The notes beneath the pieces were generated by a model. That model saw nothing but the letters and a program-made list of their open reading frames with translations. It was not told where the DNA came from and searched no databases. DNA of 63,795 nt, filler included, from Collodictyon triciliatum (Eukaryota), in NCBI GenBank assembly GCA_043381765.1. It is 5 parts of 5 records of this genome, joined end to end, with 100 filler letters (N's around TTAATTAATTAA, not from the genome) between each part and the next. Parts side by side here need not be neighbours in the genome. Positions count along the whole stretch, not along the records: positions 14,580 to 29,040 come from JBHJMP010001813.1; positions 29,141 to 43,586 come from JBHJMP010001814.1; 3 more parts are not named here. The stretch is one strand, 5' to 3'. Positions 23,751 to 36,483 of this stretch are shown here, one piece after another (the first letter of the stretch is position 1; each line of letters begins with the position of its first letter). Made by a program: the position numbers and the translations under genes.

Positions 23751-26700
23751 TCACTTCTTCACCACAGACAGAAGGTATTTGAGGGAGTTGAGACAGGACA
23801 GGCCCCGCTGCTTTGCAACAGCGTAGAGCTTATCGAGTGATTTGCGGTCGAGAATCTCTGGATAGCGTTGATACTCATTGCAGTTTGAGAGAGCAACCAC
23901 AACAGCATCGATGACTTGGTCATTTGCACTGACAACTGCGAGTCTCTGGAGATGTACAAAGACCTGCTCTTTCAGTAGTGCCTCAAAGATAGAGGTATTC
24001 AGCTCAGAAGGTATGGAAGGGTCCTGGTGGACGGGAGCACAGAGGAAAGAGATGAAGCAGGCGTATTCCCATGCAGACTGATGTACCATAGCCTGAGCCC
24101 TGGGAACGGTAGAGGAAGCTGTTTGCGCGTACTCTTGAATCAAGCGGATGGCGACGTGGTGGCATTTGATGGCAATGCCGCAGCCGCTAGTCAACAGGGC
24201 TTGGAGACCAGCCTTGGATTCTGTGAGCATCTTGAGGCAGCGCCACGCCGTGATAGATGTGGAGAGCATGTGATGGTCAATGAGGGAGCTGAGCACATCG
24301 ACCACCTCGGGAATGGCCTTGATGAGGGCTGTGACGAGGGAAAAGTGAGTCATGTGCGAGAGCCCAGAGGAGAGGAGCTGACTGAGGATGTGGTTGGAGC
24401 TTTGTCTTAGACGCACACCAAGGGTGGTGAGGCCTGAGGAAGTCTTGAGTTCGTGTCGCCCTTCGTCCGAGTCGAAGAAGCGAATCATCACGTAGTAGAG
24501 GTGATATTCGAGAATGGTTTGGGTGGAAGGATAGCATGCGTCCAAGGAAGTTGACGGGGTGAGTGGCTGCGTTGAATTTGAGCATGAAAGAATAATGTCC
24601 GTTTCTCCGTTGGCGACACTGACGAGTGTGTGGAGGGTGGCTTTGCTTTCCATTAGTCGAGAGGAGAAGAGAAGGGAGATGTTGCCAGGGGCGTAGGTCA
24701 GTTTGCTCAGAATGCCAAAAGCGCGGGAGAGCATCCCCATCAGGACTACGGCGAGAGGCTCTTTAGAGAGCCTGGACAGGATTGCTGGGATTATGTACTT
24801 TGAGCGAAGCAAAGAGAGAAAGTCTGCCAGAAACGGGCCCACCTTCTCGACAGGACTCTTTGCGAGTTGTGCTAGACGACCTGGGCACAGAAGCGGGTCT
24901 ATGTTTAGGCCCTTTGATCCAGTGAGTTCGATGAGGGTTGCAGTGCGGTTGGGGAAGTCTACTGACAAGTCCTGGAGAACGGCATTCAGGAGAGAATTGA
25001 AGAGATTGTCGTTGAAAGTTTTCTTGACTGTGGAGAGAAGGATGTCTTCAAGGCCGGGCATAGAGTCTTGCGCACGGATGAGGCAGCCAGCTGAGTAGAG
25101 AAGGGAAGTTCTCAACCTCTCTGGGCCGTAGACTTCGATGAGCTGGAGCATGGGCTCTGGTTGGAGTGGATGGACAAGGAGTGCCGCTTCGTAGTCAAGG
25201 CGTGCGAGTGTGGCTTCACCCATGCTTTGGCGACACAGCCCCATCATGACAAAGTTTTGAGGGAAGTAGGAGGAGGAGCGAGAGATACGGTCGAAGCAGT
25301 TGAACGCGCGTTGCATATACGGGAGTTGGGGATCGGGTTGAGATTGGGATTCAAAGTGAGATTGAGATTGAGATTGAGATTGAGATTGAGATTGAGATTG
25401 AGATTCGGGGTGAGATTGAGGGTGAGCTTGAGATTGTCCAAATCGATGAGCGATGCCGGGGACAGCAAGGTCGGCCATTGCGCTGCCTTGTTCCCAAAGA
25501 GCCAGAGGGGTCTTTTTCGTGAGAACCATAATCTCTAGAATGTCCGAGACGGATTCGATGGCCTTTTTTTCTTTTGCGGATGGGCTCAGAACGAGGCCGA
25601 GGTCCTGGGTGAGGTTCTCAAAGACATAGTCCGGGTCGACCAAGTCGACGAGGTCCGAGTCAGGGAGAGGTGGAAGGTCGGAAGCGAAGAGGTACTTTTC
25701 GCGGACAAGGTCGATCCAGAGACGGACCCTCACCTCGGGGGCAAAAGCAGTGAGGAAGAAGCGGACAAGGATGTCTGCCAGATGGGGGGCATGGGTGGAC
25801 AGGGAAGCGCGAGTTCTTTTGCGGGCCTCCTGCTTGAGGGCGCGACGGACACATTCTGAGGCAGCCTCGCGTTTCCAGCGCAGAAGGACGGAGGGGGTTG
25901 CGTGGAGGATCTGGAGTGTGCGGCCAAGATAGCGCATGTTGACGCCGCGGTAGCGCAGGAGGGCGGGGAGGGGCCACGGCATGTCGAAGCGCAGACAGCG
26001 CACAACGGCGGGGATGCGTTCGTGGAGGAGACAGCGGGTTGCGCGGGCGAGCGCGTGGGGGCCGGCGGCGGGCGTCTGCGCGTGGGACGGGAGCGGCTCC
26101 GGGTAGCCCTTGACAAACTCCGGGCGGAACTGCAGGAGGGCGCGGACGGCGGGGAGGGCGTCCGGGGCGGCGGCGGGGTCCACGGCCGGGACGAGGGATG
26201 CGATGCGCGAGATGCCGATGCAGCCGTCCGGGTCGCTGCGCAGGGGCGGGTGAGATGCGGATAGACAAGGGAGAAGGGAGAAGGGAGAAGGGAGAAGGGA
26301 GAAGGGAGAAGGGAGAAGGGAGAAGGGAGAAGGGAGAGAGAGAGAGGTGGTGGGCACCTGTGTCTGTGCAGCGAGAGTGCGCCGTACACCCAGCGGCGGC
26401 CCGAGAAGCAGCCGGCCAGATTCATCTCCGCGGCCAGCAGGCGTGCACACTCCTCGACGGCGGGGGTGTGTGCGAGGCGCGTGCGCGTGCGTGCAGGGCG
26501 GGCGATGGCGCGGAACCCGGCGTACTGGACGCGACAGACGAGGGGCGGGCGGGGCCGTGTGCGGGTGTCCACTGCAGATGCGGATGCGGATGCGCCGTCC
26601 AGCACGCAGTGTGCGCGGAACTCGTTGCCGGCGGCCTTCCACGCCCACGTGTCGTCGCCCCCAAAGGCCCCGCGCACGTCGCACGCCACGCGCAGCACCA

Positions 26701-27814
26701 GCCGCCCCCTGCGGAAGACACGCACGCTGCCCGCCCCGCCGTCGCACACGTGCGCAACCGTCTTCTCCGGCGCGGGGCGTCGCCACTCCTCCACCACCGT
26801 GCGCAGCAGCCCGCCGCACCGCGCCTCCATCGCCCCGACGAGCTGCCCGAGCCTCGCCGCCCGCGCATACACGTCGGCCGCCGCTGTGGCTGTTGTGGCT
26901 GTTGTGGCTCCGACGCCGCCCTCGCGCACGATGCCCAGGTACTCGCCCTCCCAGTCGCGCTCGTCCTCCCCGTAGTCGTCGCCGTCGCCGTCTTCGTAAT
27001 CATCGTCGTAATCGTCCTCGCCGTCGCTGCCGGAGGAGAGCGAGGAGGGCGCGTCGAGGTAGACGGTCTCCTGCGGCTGCGGCTTCTGTTGTGGCTTCTG
27101 CTGTGGCTGTGGCTGTGGCTGTGGTAGCTTCTGCTTCTGCTGTGGCTGTTGTGGCTTCTGCTGCGGCTCGGGCAGGGGCCGGAAGAGGATCTCGTCGTCG
27201 GCGTCGGGATCGGCAGCGGGATCGGCAGGGGCCTTGCGTGCGGGCGGGCGGGGCTGCGGGGCGGCGAGCAGCATCTGCAGCAGGTGGTGCAGCAGCTCGT
27301 TGGGGCCCATGGGGTCGTGCAGGACCAGGTTGCGGAAGATGGTGTTGAGGCAGCGGAACCAGTCGCCCGGGCGCGCGTGCGGCGAGAAGAAGCGGGTCTC
27401 GTGCTCCAGCGCGTGGTGCAGGCAGATCATGTGCGGGAAGCGGGCCGCCTGCGCGTGCGCCGGGTCCAGCTGCACATAGACAAAGTCCCCCAGGTGCCAG
27501 ACGCCCTTGCGCGTGCCCCGCTCCCCCACAGGCCCCGTGAAGTACTCCAGCCGGTCCACGTACAGGTACCCGTACCGCTGCCGCCACGTGCGGAACCGCT
27601 TGCCCTGCTTGTCCAGCCACCCCTCCAGCACCGCGCGCTGCCGCCCCGCCGCCCCGCCCCCGTAGCTGTTGCCGTTGCTATTGCCGTTGCTGTTGCTATT
27701 GCTGTTGCCGCTGCCGCCCCCGAACAACTCCCCAAACCCCGCTGCCTCAACCTCCTCGTCCTCCGAGTCCCCCAGCGGATCCTCCGTCACGTGCGAGACT
27801 CGTCGCTCGCCCAT
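23751..27814 (-). CDS. PH domain + Clu (clustered-mitochondria/TIF31-like) domain + TPR/ARM-like helical protein; one intron 26236-26357
   Basis: PH: VLEGWLDKQGKRFRTWRQRYGYL...DWFRCL; Clu-like: AFGGDDTWAWKAAGNEF, PLVCRVQYAGFRAIA, LQFRPEFV, LRYRGVNMRYLG; phase-2 GT-AG intron joins ORFs 27814 and 23751 (HRH-S-DPDG). Confidence 0.8.
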
Positions 27815-27989
27815 CTCCTCCTTTCGTTCTTTCTTTCTTTCGGTTTCTCCCTCGTGTCCTTTCGCTGGCTTGTATTGATCTGCTCTCGACGCTCCTCATT
27901 CTACCTCTCTCTCTCTTTCTCCTTCGTTGCTTTGTGTTTCCCGTCACATTCACATTTCTGGAATATCCGTGCCTTCTTTAGAAATGCGT

Positions 27990-28795
27990 TTATGTTGTGG
28001 AGGGCCGATGACGGGTGGTACTTGTCGCTGTCGCTGTCGCCGGTGTCTTTGGTGGATGGTTAAGTCTTTGGGTGCTGGATGGGCACGCCGCTCGCAACCA
28101 GGACTCCTTTTCTACGAGGACTTCCTGGTGAGCTCCATGTAGCGGGACTGTGCGTTCGACCGGCTTCCCTGCAGCGGAAAAGACTTTGTGAGGCGGCTTG
28201 ATGCCGGGTCGGGTGGGAAAGGCGGCTCGCAAGTACTGCAACCATTATTTTTTTTTTTTTTAAAAAAAAAAGAAATATGAAAGGCAAATAATTCTTACAA
28301 GGACAATGGTGTCTTCGATATTTGAATCTCGGCGGCGGTACGAGTCCTGGGATGAGTTTGCATTGTCGCTCGAATAGAGACTCATCAAGTTGGAGAATGC
28401 AGCCGACGCAGAACCAGCCTTTGTTGCGCTATAGCACACGGCCCACACAGAGGAATAGAACAGAGAGAGAAGAGGAAAGAAAGCAATAAGTGGATCAGCC
28501 CAACAAGTATAGAAGATGGGTAGAGAAAACAGAAAAGTGTGACATTGGATAGATATATGAAAACAAGTTGGGGCTGTACCTTGGTTTGGATGCACCACCA
28601 TGGCCACCAGAGCTCACAAGGTCCGGATTTGTGGGACGAAGAAGACTCGGGTTCTGGGGTCGGGCAACCGACGGTTGGGCTGGGCTGGGCGACCTTCTGC
28701 GGCGGCGAGGGGAGCTGCGACGTGGCGAGCGGCTTCTTCTGTGGCGCGGTGACCTACTCCGGCTTCGACTGCGTCTATGCCGCGGGGAGCGACTC
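27990..28795 (-). CDS. RS-rich protein, 3' exons only (truncated at scaffold end)
   Basis: RSRSPRHRRSRSRSRSPRHRRSRSPRRSSPRRRRRSPSP followed by two phase-consistent exons. Confidence 0.6.
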
Positions 28796-28936
28796 CTGTG
28801 TGCAAAGAACATGAGTCGGACACATAAAGCTTACAGTAGTTAACATATCTTTTTCTCATCCCCCCCTCTTCTGCAATTGAACCCAATAAACGAAAAAGTG
28901 TAAAGAGTATCACTTGATACCAGAATATGTTCTCTG

Positions 28937-29040
<104 letters not shown>

Positions 29041-29140
29041 NNNNNNNNNNNNNNNNNNNNNNNNNNNNNNNNNNNNNNNNNNNNTTAATTAATTAANNNN
29101 NNNNNNNNNNNNNNNNNNNNNNNNNNNNNNNNNNNNNNNN
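29041..29140. other. Artificial scaffold-joining spacer N44-TTAATTAATTAA-N44
   Basis: Same 100-nt structure. Confidence 0.97.
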
Positions 29141-29280
29141 CAAACTTTGTAGGGATCCAAATGCAATCTGACAGCTACAACGACATAAAAATGACTTTTA
29201 TTTTATTTTATTTTATTGAAAAAAACTACAAAATCTTCATAGGCGAGACTAAAAATTTATCTCTAAATTATTATTTAAAG

Positions 29281-29385
29281 CAAACAAACAAACAAACAAA
29301 CAAACAAACAAACAAACAAACAAACAAACAAACAAACAAACAAACAAACAAACAAACAAACAAACAAACAAACAAACAAACAAAC
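29281..29385. repeat. (CAAA)n microsatellite
   Basis: Visible. Confidence 0.97.
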
Positions 29386-29431
29386 CTTTCTTAAAGGTAG
29401 GAGTAGGCTTGAATTGAGAATTTATTTGGCT

Positions 29432-32400
29432 TCAGGTACACATTTGGACCAATTCTGCAAATCTCTTGATTTCAACCATGGGCACAGAATACTTCTCCAA
29501 AACCTCTTTCTGATCCAAATGAGCAAGGACATTGCCATCGATTTTCAGAACAATGACCTTTTCAGTGAAGATTTTCCATTTTGTTTCGGGCCTTTTCTTG
29601 AGGAAATCAACCAACTCATTTATACTCAAATCTTGAACACATTTCTTAAGTGGATTCGGGTGAGACGACTCCAAGGTTTCCTTGGACAATTTTAAGAGGA
29701 AGGGGACTTCGTCAGATGATATATGATATTGAGTGACCATGTCCTCCAAATTTAATCGCTCAAACACCTCCTCAACTGCCTTCCAATATTCATTTGATAC
29801 AAAGCTCGCCAGGACATAAAAATTATGATGGTTCAGAAACTCTATAAATTCTCCACGATACATATCTTTAATGGACGTGAATCTAAGGGGAAGTATATCA
29901 TCAAGCTCAAAATTCAACAGTGCACAGTCACTTGACTCTAGCTTTCTCAAAAATGTGGCAACTGTTTTCAAGTCTGGTCTGAGTTTGTAATTTTGTCGCC
30001 AGCAGGTTTTGATTAGTCTCTGGAACCCTGCGGGTGTATTGGGATGTAGCTCTGGTCTAAGTCCTCGAATTGTAAAGCTTTGTGTTTGTGTCTCCCCAAG
30101 AAAAGGTTCGATTCCCGTAAACATATACCATACCACTAATCCATATGCATATACATTACTGGGTTCTCCTCGGTGCCCGATGTTAATACAGTCATCTCCA
30201 TACATATCTTCTTCTCCATAATAGAACGGCTTGCAAACTACTTCATGAATTTCAGGAGCTTGCCAATTCGATGTGCCGTCTTGCTTCCATTCACCAAATC
30301 TTGTCGGAAGATTTGAAGAAACCATGGCATCCGTGCGACGGCTCACTATGCCAAAGTCGACGATTTTTGCCGTATCATTTACAATCATTATATTATCTGC
30401 TTTTAAATCTTCATGGAAAAGATTTTTAGAGTGCATATATGTCAACCCATGGCATATCTGTTGCGAATATGATAAAATTTGTGGGATTGTAGGCTTCTCA
30501 AGGGTACTGCTCTCCATAATTTTCTTTAATGACAAACCTGCAAACTCCATAGTCATGAAAAAATCATTATCCCTACGAAAAACATGAAACAACCGAACTA
30601 TGTTGTTACATTTAGAACATTCAGCCAAAAACTTGCTCTCTAAGATAAGAGATTGAACGACTTCTTCCATAGACGTCCTAGCAGTAGGTGCGATGGACTG
30701 AATTTTGACTACGGCTTCTTTACCTTCAATGCCATTTGTCAAATACACCCTTCCGAACGCACCACTGGCGATATATTGAGTCAATTCTATTTGCCTTGTT
30801 GACCAAATATCCTTCAACTCAAGGTCAATCGTGTTCAATTCAACAAAACTTTTCAATAATTGCTGTGATGATTTTTGTTTCCTTCTAATGTGAGATTGGA
30901 AAACCTTGGAGATTCCTTTTATAGATAAACATAAACTAATTAATTTTAAAAGGAAAAAAGAAGCTGCATATTATGAAATTTATTGAAATAAAACCTTCTT
31001 CCCGAAATATTCGTCCTCTTTTTATCTTTTTGTAGTCAGTCACATGGTTATTTGAGCAAATTAAAGATGTGGCTTCGTCGAAAACCAAGCCAGTTCTAAT
31101 GGTTCCTTGAAGCCCGTCGGACGTGCATTGACTGCAGGGAAATTGACAACAAGATATCAAACGTTCTCGAATGGAAACAATCTTGTCCATCAAGTAACAG
31201 AGTACCATGAAATTGTCTATAAAGTCGACCGAAGTGGTGGAATTTTCATATTTTCGAACTATTATTCCAATCTTGTTTTTTTGAATGTGTAAAAGAACTT
31301 TCAAATCCCCTCCAGGACATACCCTAAATTCCATATTTTGAGGGTGTTCACTTTGAGAGTCAGCATTATACATTTGTCGGACAGATAAATGAATCAATGC
31401 AGCATTATTAAAGAATTGATACTGATGCTCTAATCCAGGAGGCGCTCCTTTAGAAAGTCTAATTGCCAGTGTTATAATATTGCTCTTATCCGATAATTGA
31501 ATGTCTCCATCTCCTATGAGATCAATCGAAACTTCTGACACACAATTGGATTCGGGCTGGTCACTCCATACGGTTTTCAATGAATGAATTTCGTCCATTA
31601 GCGAGGGAAAAGCGATGCATTCTTGATTAAAATTGATCCCTAGTCCAAAGTGATCAAATATACTCAATATGACTGAGAACGTTTTCTCACTAATGTCAAC
31701 CATAAATTCTTTGTCGATTCTATGTTTAAGTGCAGACTTTAACACTATTCCATTCGACTTGCTCCCGAGGCCCTTGAAGCTGAAGACGCAACGGAACGAG
31801 TTGATCAAGAATACTGGATCCAAAAACACAGTACATTTCATGCTTTCATGTGATGAATACCAGACAACAGAACCCAAGTCATGCAGAAATTTTAGAGCAA
31901 AACTGCATCGGTCTTGTGTGAGAGAGAAAACTTGAGCAGCATGGTCATATATATCTTGAATTTCAAGAAATTTGAGGCATTCTCCTTTGGAGTTTAAATG
32001 ACCCTTCAATTGTATGAATGACTGTGGTATATCTTTGTACATATTATCGAGTAGAAGCATCCCATTATACACCGTCTTTTTAAGCTCCGATATTCCTTCT
32101 CCGTTTTTATTACTCAGTAATATTTCTGTATTCAAAAATGAATGTGTATCATTTGTTTTAACAATCTCATCTATTTCTTGGGCCATTTCCATTGAGTGAA
32201 TAGGATTTTGCATGTCTTTATGAGTCCCAGCTATGATAATTCTTGAGCCAGGTGCAAAGTCATCCAACATTTTAATCCATCTATTCAAGTTATTTCTGTC
32301 TCTTCCGTGGTCCAGTCTGTAAAGGATTAAAACTAGGGCCCCAGCGGAGAGGAAGAATGGATGTGTTACCTGGAACTCATTTTGACCACCAAAATCCCAA

Positions 32401-33985
32401 ACTCGCACAGAGATGTGCTCTTTAGCATCTCCTAGGGAAATGTCATGTATGTCTAGATCGATGTGGTCAATCCCATCAGTTCTATTTCTCTGAGTGTCTG
32501 TGGTGCTTTGAAAAGCAGCTTTTGTTTGCATCAAAGAATGTGTGAGAGATGTTTTCCCCGCCTCAGCTTCACCAAGTAAAAGTAACCGCCCTTGCGTCCA
32601 TTTTTGTGTTCCTGATTTCATAGATTCGTACAAAAAATTCATAATTGATTCAGACCCTTGTTTTAAAACATTACCAGGGACGTTGGATATCATGCAACCA
32701 TCAATATTCAATCCTTTCCTCAACCTCACCATATTTCCTAGAACAAGAGGGAGCTGTTTGATCTGTTTCAACAAACAAGGGGTTAAGAACTTTGCAATAT
32801 TATTTCTTTCCATCTGAGCCCGGTTTATTTAAAATAATAAATAAATAGATAAATAAATAAATCGTCGTTTGTTTCATTCAAAATGATACCAAAGGTACAA
32901 ATAAAATATCACACATAAAGTATTAATTTCTTGAAAAAGATAGCTAAAATAACCTGATTATGACTCAAATTAAGCACTTTTAAACTTTGAAGTTTATGCA
33001 CGCTGCTGTGTATATGTTCTATCTATGCATTTGATTGATCAATTCATAGGAATATAAAAGGACAATAATATTAGAAGGTGTGAGTTATGAATCAATCAAA
33101 TGTGATCAATATTTTTGTGTTGTTATCATATAGATCCAATCAAAACATTTCATGCGCCCAGTTGTCAGAGTTTCTCGAGTCTGATAAGTACCTGATTATG
33201 AGATACCTCCAAATGATGCAACCAAGCCATTCCCATCAAACAATATGGAATTTCTTTAAGCTTTTCGTAGTATATAAAATTTACAATTATTTTTAATAAA
33301 AGAGGTATTTTATTATCATTAATTTGTCAAATGATGGTATAGGATATGGTTAATCATGCACAATACATATATATATATATATTGCTTGTTTGAAAGTAGA
33401 ATCGAAATCTTGGCGCGAAATGATTATTTTTTTAACAACAACCTTGTTTGAGTTCATGGTGATTGTTTTTAGATTAGTTATTGATGATATTTCCTCTGGC
33501 AATGATGAGATATCATTATTATCCATGTGCAACTCGCTCAAATTCTGCAGTTGAGATATGGCAGAGGGTATCCAGCGTAGTTTGTTTTTATCTATGTCCA
33601 TGTAACTTATTTGTCTGAGAGAAAATAGCTCAGCTGGTAGAGCCACCAACAAGTTGTCATATAAATACAACTCTTGCATGTTGACTAGCTTGGATATCTC
33701 CTCACGAATGTGCGTAATCTGGTTTCTCCATAGGTAGAGGGCTCTTAGGTTTGTCAAAAGAATGACTCCCTCTGGGATCCGATCCAGATTCTTCCCATCA
33801 AAGTCGAGGTAGGTGCAGTCTGTCAGTGGTGACCTCCAAGGCTTCCAGTCAGGTCCCAGCACCTCTATTTCGGCCAGCAACGGATCGTCCGGGGCTGATG
33901 CTTGCCTGTCCTTCCTGGAGCCACGTTTCTTGTTTGATCGCTCATCTTGTCCTTTTGCTTTTCCCTTACCTTGCGAGTTGCCCAT
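29432..33985 (-). CDS. Roco-family kinase: LRR - Roc GTPase - COR - TKL-like kinase - SAM
   Basis: MGNSQG N-terminus; LRRs (LTNLRALYLWRNQI); Roc LLLLGEAEAGKTSL, RTDGID, VWDFGGQNEFQVTHPFF, IIAGTHKD; COR ALKFLHDLGSVVWY, VFLDP; kinase IASGAFGRVY, HEDLKADN, DFG, WQAPE; SAM-like LSINELVDFL...KIDGNVL; phase-1 intron joins the 625-aa and 474-aa ORFs. Confidence 0.92.
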
Positions 33986-34674
33986 CCCGAGAATACAACT
34001 AGTGTCCGGCTCCTGCACCAGCCAGTCAGGAATCAGGCAGGCATTATGTGGGATTACATGTTGGGACACAGGGAAGCTGATCTGCCTATGTTTCTGTGTT
34101 TCTGTGTTTTTATCTTCTTTTTCTTGTGCAAGCAGATGAGTTTCTTTCAGCAGGCACAGACGCCAGCATGTTAATTTCCACATTAGACCCGCAGATCAAA
34201 TGGTACCGTACCTAGCCACACAGGTCGCTTTCGCAATTCTCTTCGGTCACGAGAGGCTTTTGGTGTGTCGGTGAGAGAGACAGAAAGAAGAAAATAAAAT
34301 AGGGGGTCACGTGATAAAGAAAAAAAGCTGCTGTTTTGCCAGCAGCAGAGTCAACGTGCAAGCATCAATGGACCCACTTGTTCATCAAGAAGGGGCATCA
34401 ATTTTCCGTCCATTCCCAAGCATCCAATCCTCTCGTCTATACTTTCCTCTTTTTTTTTTCTGTTTATTTTTTTCCTCCTCCCTCCCTCCCTCCCTTTTTT
34501 TTTTTTCCTCCCTCTTTCCTTTCTTCTCCATGATGTTACCGCAAATGCCGCAAACTCGCTCACTGCGTATATGCCCACACAGGTTGCCTGAGATAAACAT
34601 TTCCCGCTAGACATACAAGTGATTGGGCGTAGACCGAGGAGCTTTTGTGCAATAATACCCACACGAAAAACAGA

Positions 34675-36483
34675 ATGATCCCAAAGGCCGCACCGGGGTT
34701 CCTTCTCGGCATAATTCTCCTCGCGGTGTTGACCTTTGATTCCTGGGTAGGACCATCTGCAACAGGGGCTATCTTTGGGTTCATGGGTAGCAAAGAATTG
34801 GACGAAAAGGAAGTCCCCGGGTTGGACGTTGGGAGAATGACCATGGCGAGCTTAGTGAATCCCAAACTCAACAAGCATCCATATCAGCGGATTGGAGAGT
34901 TGGATAATGCTGCTATGAATACGACAAAACAGCTTTTCTTGAAACACAAGGGGTCCAATGGCCGCCGCCAGAGATTGTCTGCAAAAAACATCACGATCTC
35001 AGCGCATGAGGCGTATGTCTGGTCTAAAGCAAAGTTCCGCATTTTGTGGAGCAAGAGAGGATTATGGTCGTGTGTGGAACACTGCGCATCTCATCGTTTA
35101 ACATACTTTCAGCTCCATCCCAAAATTCCCTGCTCCGCATCTATGACGTGCTCGTATGAAAAATATCCTGTTCACGAGAGCGTCCCCATCAAGTATGAGA
35201 TGAAGAAAAGTGTCAGATGCAAGGCAAATAACGAAGCTGCGTGCCCTCGTGCCTTGCTTGGTGGATGCAACTCTTTCACTTGGATCGTTCGCCGGGTCAC
35301 TCTGAATACCCCAAAGAGGACATACTCCAGGTTTGTGCAGGATCTGGTAATGAAGGAAGGCCATCCATTTCGAATCCATGCTGTAATGGACTCAGATTAC
35401 GTGGGCTACTGGTTGGTCGTGTCGTTTTATCTGCCAAATATCCTCTTCCACGATAAATGCAATCGACTTTATTGCATTTACACCGATATAACGCGGGACA
35501 TTTATGAATACCAACCTGCTTTACCTGGAGATGCTAGTTTTGCCTACTGTCCAATCCCTTCCTTCCCAGCCACCGAGCAAACCAGGTTGCAACTCGCCTA
35601 TCGCCCAGAAGTCATGTCATCTCCATACCAATTAGTGGTCGAGTCTCGTGTCACAGATATCCCGTATGTCAACATGACCATCTGTGTAATGGTTCGCAAG
35701 GAGGCGGAGAATATGGTGGAGTGGATAGAATTCCATCGCATGATGGGGTATGGCAGGTTCATCATATACGACAACAATCCTTACGGAGAACCCGACGAGT
35801 TTATGGAAGAGTTGCTGCGCATTTATCCCGACAACATTCTCATCCGAAGGCATTGGAAGCTACCACACTCGCAAACTGAGGCTTATACGGATTGCATCAA
35901 TCGCTACGGGAAGACCACCCTTTGGATGACGCTGATTGATGTGGATGAATTCATTGTACCTCATCCCCACCACCCAACAGTCATGTCGGTGTTGGAAATG
36001 AGAACCAGCCGCCACTCCAACATCCACGTCACATGGCTGACTTTCGGGCCATGCGGAGAGGAGGAACGCAAGCGAGGACAGTTGATGATGGACCTGTGTC
36101 ATTTCACTACGAAGCCCTCCTCAGATTACCCAAAGTCGATATTCAAGGCAGATCTCACAGCTGGAATGCAAAACTACGGACCCCACTTCATACGACTCAA
36201 GAGAGACCTCGGAAAAAATATCATGAGCCGGAATTCGGTCACAAAATACCTGCGAAACTATCACTACCGATACAGAACTCATCCTGAATTCATCCAGCGA
36301 CGAAAAGGTCCTCGAGCCGGTCGGGCACTGACATGGTCACTCTCTGAGCTCGAGCAAGAGTGGAAGGATGGGATCAAATACAGCGAGCGACTGAGTGACG
36401 AAGACAACTGGATGCTTCGATTTCGTGACGAGCTGAAGAAACGCACCGAAAAAATCTTTTCACTTATTTTGCAAGGCGAGTAG
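34675..36483 (+). CDS. Type II membrane glycosyltransferase, GT92/GT2-like; intronless
   Basis: N-terminal TM (FLLGIILLAVLTF); CVMVRKEAENMVEWIEFHRMMGYGRFIIYDN, AYTDCINRY, WMTLIDVDEFIVP (DxD), PKSIF, NYHYRYRT. Confidence 0.88.
   Translation: MIPKAAPGFLLGIILLAVLTFDSWVGPSATGAIFGFMGSKELDEKEVPGLDVGRMTMASLVNPKLNKHPYQRIGELDNAAMNTTKQLFLKHKGSNGRRQRLSAKNITISAHEAYVWSKAKFRILWSKRGLWSCVEHCASHRLTYFQLHPKIPCSASMTCSYEKYPVHESVPIKYEMKKSVRCKANNEAACPRALLGGCNSFTWIVRRVTLNTPKRTYSRFVQDLVMKEGHPFRIHAVMDSDYVGYWLVVSFYLPNILFHDKCNRLYCIYTDITRDIYEYQPALPGDASFAYCPIPSFPATEQTRLQLAYRPEVMSSPYQLVVESRVTDIPYVNMTICVMVRKEAENMVEWIEFHRMMGYGRFIIYDNNPYGEPDEFMEELLRIYPDNILIRRHWKLPHSQTEAYTDCINRYGKTTLWMTLIDVDEFIVPHPHHPTVMSVLEMRTSRHSNIHVTWLTFGPCGEEERKRGQLMMDLCHFTTKPSSDYPKSIFKADLTAGMQNYGPHFIRLKRDLGKNIMSRNSVTKYLRNYHYRYRTHPEFIQRRKGPRAGRALTWSLSELEQEWKDGIKYSERLSDEDNWMLRFRDELKKRTEKIFSLILQGE

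Noticed and set aside
25660-28063. Numerous overlapping plus-strand and off-frame ORFs
   Set aside because: Shadow ORFs caused by very high GC in the PH-Clu gene
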